From Candidatus Krumholzibacteriia bacterium (GTDB taxonomy: Bacteria; Krumholzibacteriota; Krumholzibacteriia; Krumholzibacteriales; Krumholzibacteriaceae): 64,000 nt of DNA. The notes beneath the pieces were generated by a model, which ran no database searches, was not told the origin of the DNA, and saw only the letters and a program-made list of their open reading frames with translations. Positions 61,444 to 64,000 of the stretch are shown here, piece by piece. The stretch is from assembly GCA_963836185.1 (NCBI GenBank), contig CAWIIQ010000001.1:864001-928000 (forward strand), written 5' to 3'. A program made the position numbers and the translations under genes. Each line of letters begins with the position of its first letter. Positions within the stretch are counted from its first letter, which is position 1.

Positions 61444-61472
61444 AGTATATATCAGTGGGATGTTTCTGTCAA
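61444..61472 (-). promoter_or_regulatory. Strong sigma70 promoter
   Basis: Minus strand TTGACA-17 nt-TATACT. Confidence 0.6.
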
Positions 61473-61489
61473 TGCCGCAAGGCGATGCG

Positions 61490-63406
61490 TCAGTCTGTAT
61501 CGACCGGTCTGCCCACGAACCTGACGAATGCCAGCAGGAATCCGGCGCCCGTCGCGAGCGAGAGGACGGCGGGTACTCCTGCCGCCAGGAGGAGGTAACC
61601 GAACACGATCGATGCCGCTCCGACCGTAAGGGCATAGGGGAGCTGAGTGCGGACATGATCGACGTGGTCTGCGCCGGATGCCATCGAGGACATGATCGTC
61701 GTGTCGGAGATAGGTGAGCAGTGATCGCCGAACACCGCTCCCGCGAGGATAGCGGCTATCGATGAGTAGAGTACGCGGTCCAGCTCCGCGCCGCTTCCCG
61801 CCTCGCCCGCGAATGTTCCATAGACGAGCGGAATGACGATGGGAGTGAGTATCGACATCGTGCCCCAGGATGTACCCGTTGAGAAAGAGATGCCGACTGC
61901 CAGAAGGAAGACGAGCATCGGGAGGAACCGGGGCGAGATGAGACCCGACAAGTGATGAACCAGGTAATCGGCAGTCCTTATCTCGGAGCAGACCCTGCCG
62001 ATGCACCATGCCAGAACGAGGATGATCATTGCCGGCACCATCGATTTGATTCCGTTGACCAGCGCCATCACGGTATGCGTGAGGTCGAGCAGTCTCTGTC
62101 CCAGGGCCAGCGCGGCGGCGACGAAGCACCCTGAGAAGGATGCCCAGAGCAGCGCCTTGAAAGAATTCGATTCCTTTATAATGTCAAGAAGGCCGGCGCC
62201 GGTGACCCCCTCCGCTGCGAGGGATGACTTTCCCGTCACGATCAGCCCGATGATAGTTACGATTATCACCGTCGATATCGGAATGATGCCGTTGAGGAAA
62301 CGTGGGGCCGCCCCCGGGGCGGGAGCGATGCTCTCCGCGTCCATGTCGGACATCGGGAGGGCCGAGTCGCTCGCGAGCCTGCCGGTCGTACGCGCGCGGC
62401 GTTCAGCCTTGTACATCAGGGAATAGTCTCTCCCCGACAGTACGATTATAAGGACGAAGAGGATCGCGAGGATCGGGTAAAAGTTGTACGGGATAGCGGA
62501 GACGAACGTGCCGAGCGGATTGCGGTCGACGCCCAGCGCAGTGAAAGACTGTGCGATCAGCGAGATCTGAAATCCTATCCAGCTAGTGATCACGGCCAGC
62601 ACCGTGACGGGCGCGGCGGTGGAGTCGACTATATAGGATAGTTTCTCACGGGAGATCTTCAGCCTGTCGGTGAGGGGCCGCATCGAGTTTCCTACTATAA
62701 GCGTGTTGGTGTAATCATCGAAGAAGATCAGGACCCCGAGCAGCCATGTGGTCAGCTGTCCCCTTTTCGGAGTCGTCGCAAGTCGGGACACCTTGTCGAC
62801 GATGCCCTGCATCCCGCCCATCCTCGATGTGATACCGACCATTCCGCCGAGTAGAAGAGTAAACACTACGATCGAGACATGATCCGCTCCTTCATCCGGG
62901 CTCGAGAGTGTGCCGACTATATAGTAGTCGACTACGTGCAGGAGCGAACCGAGCGGATGGTACCCCCAGAGTATGAACGATCCGAGCCAGACTCCGGCGA
63001 GCAGCGCGACTATGACCTGCCTGAATGCCAGGGCGAAGACGATCGCGATCAGGGGCGGGAGGATCGAAAGAAGACCGTTTACCGCTCTCGTCTCTACATC
63101 CCATGTCTTTCCGCCGGCGGTCGTGCTGATACTGTGCGCGCCCGGGCCATCGATCTCGAGCATGGGGGGAGAGGCCTTCAAACCCTCTGAAGAGCCTGAA
63201 TAGACTATCTTCCCGTCCAGGGCTATGGTGACGGGGATATCGATCCCGATGTATTCTTCTGAGTATCCGGCAGGGGGCGAGTACCTGAAAGGCACCCCCT
63301 TCAGGACCGTCGTTTCAGGTGACGCTATCAGGGCAGACGGCACAATATGCAGAAGGATCATGGTGACGAGGACCGCGAGAAAAATTCGTCGCGGGAAATG
63401 GCTCAT
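61490..63406 (-). CDS. Na+/H+ antiporter NhaC family protein
   Basis: IFFDDY, SREKLSYIVDSTAAP, TGTSWGT, GDHCSPISDTT and HVRTQLPY. Confidence 0.92.
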   Translation of the reverse strand: MSHFPRRIFLAVLVTMILLHIVPSALIASPETTVLKGVPFRYSPPAGYSEEYIGIDIPVTIALDGKIVYSGSSEGLKASPPMLEIDGPGAHSISTTAGGKTWDVETRAVNGLLSILPPLIAIVFALAFRQVIVALLAGVWLGSFILWGYHPLGSLLHVVDYYIVGTLSSPDEGADHVSIVVFTLLLGGMVGITSRMGGMQGIVDKVSRLATTPKRGQLTTWLLGVLIFFDDYTNTLIVGNSMRPLTDRLKISREKLSYIVDSTAAPVTVLAVITSWIGFQISLIAQSFTALGVDRNPLGTFVSAIPYNFYPILAILFVLIIVLSGRDYSLMYKAERRARTTGRLASDSALPMSDMDAESIAPAPGAAPRFLNGIIPISTVIIVTIIGLIVTGKSSLAAEGVTGAGLLDIIKESNSFKALLWASFSGCFVAAALALGQRLLDLTHTVMALVNGIKSMVPAMIILVLAWCIGRVCSEIRTADYLVHHLSGLISPRFLPMLVFLLAVGISFSTGTSWGTMSILTPIVIPLVYGTFAGEAGSGAELDRVLYSSIAAILAGAVFGDHCSPISDTTIMSSMASGADHVDHVRTQLPYALTVGAASIVFGYLLLAAGVPAVLSLATGAGFLLAFVRFVGRPVDTD

Positions 63407-64000
63407 CAGCCGATCTCCTTTATCGTCACTTCCATGTCCCTGCCTAGCAGGCGGGCAGCTTCCTCTACATGCGGATAAGAAGATTTTTTATTGTACTCGG
63501 CGAACCTGTCATTCGATCCGGTCTCTTTTTTAAGGATGTCAAGTGACGCGATGTCGACCGACACCATGTCGGCTCCGCACACGAATCCTGTATCATCGGC
63601 GACGACCGGACCGGAGTCAGCGATGCAGTCGCAGAGCTGCGTCATGTTCTGCATCACATTGATCGCGTAACTGCTGCCGAACTTTTCAAAGGCGATCGTT
63701 GCCGCTTCGGCGAGAAGAAAATCGAAATTCGCCGTTTTCGGCGTAATGCATTTTTCAGGGCACGAAATGATACAGTTGCTGCACCCGGGACACCACGACA
63801 CATCGAAGAAAGGACGTCCCTTGTCGAGCCGGATGTTATCGGTCGGACAGTTTTCAACGCACGCTCCGCATTCGGTGCACCCGTTTCCATACACAGGTTC
63901 GCCGCCAGTGTGTATCGCGCCCTTTGTCGACTTGGACATGCATCCCATCCCCACGTTTTTGATCGCGCCTCCCATGCCGGAGCAGATGTGACCCTTGAAA
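63406..64000 (-). CDS. DUF362 domain Fe-S protein (5' part outside the window)
   Basis: FKGH..GGAIKNVGMGC, CTECGACVENCP, CPGCSNC..CP and CDC. Confidence 0.85.
   Translation of the reverse strand, partial: FKGHICSGMGGAIKNVGMGCMSKSTKGAIHTGGEPVYGNGCTECGACVENCPTDNIRLDKGRPFFDVSWCPGCSNCIISCPEKCITPKTANFDFLLAEAATIAFEKFGSSYAINVMQNMTQLCDCIADSGPVVADDTGFVCGADMVSVDIASLDILKKETGSNDRFAEYNKKSSYPHVEEAARLLGRDMEVTIKEIG

Overview
A GC-rich (roughly 55-60% by eye) chromosomal window from an anaerobic bacterium. A C-terminal STWGGIK motif and the gene content suggest the Krumholzibacteriota/Latescibacterota/Eisenbacteria group (inference). In order it carries: an M24 peptidase, an O-antigen ligase-like gene, and an AT-rich CapA-family gene beside an IS21-like end remnant; a redox locus (REC-AsnC regulator, NuoE/NuoF/NuoG-GltD 'Bfu/NfnABC'-type complex broken by four single-base indels, PAS kinase, degenerate NtrC-type regulator, canonical nfnAB); an MBOAT/SGNH O-acetylation pair; a CusRS-like two-component operon with a secreted CBM9-methyltransferase fusion; a solo IS3 OrfA flanked by a duplicated promoter; an M3 peptidase, radical SAM, MgtC, hypF-hypE, a HisJ-family phosphatase and guaB; a sigma54-driven degenerate chemosensory/HD-GYP cluster; tRNA-Met-tilS-hpt-ftsH-folP-cdaA; and ilvC-gltX-tRNA-Gln-tRNA-Glu. 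The most striking hidden feature is an ArsR-DUF302 operon ending in two small genes missing from the ORF track. Each has an in-frame TGA followed at nearly the same distance by a SECIS-like hairpin, which suggests a tandem pair of small selenoproteins. No CRISPR array, rRNA or prophage was seen.
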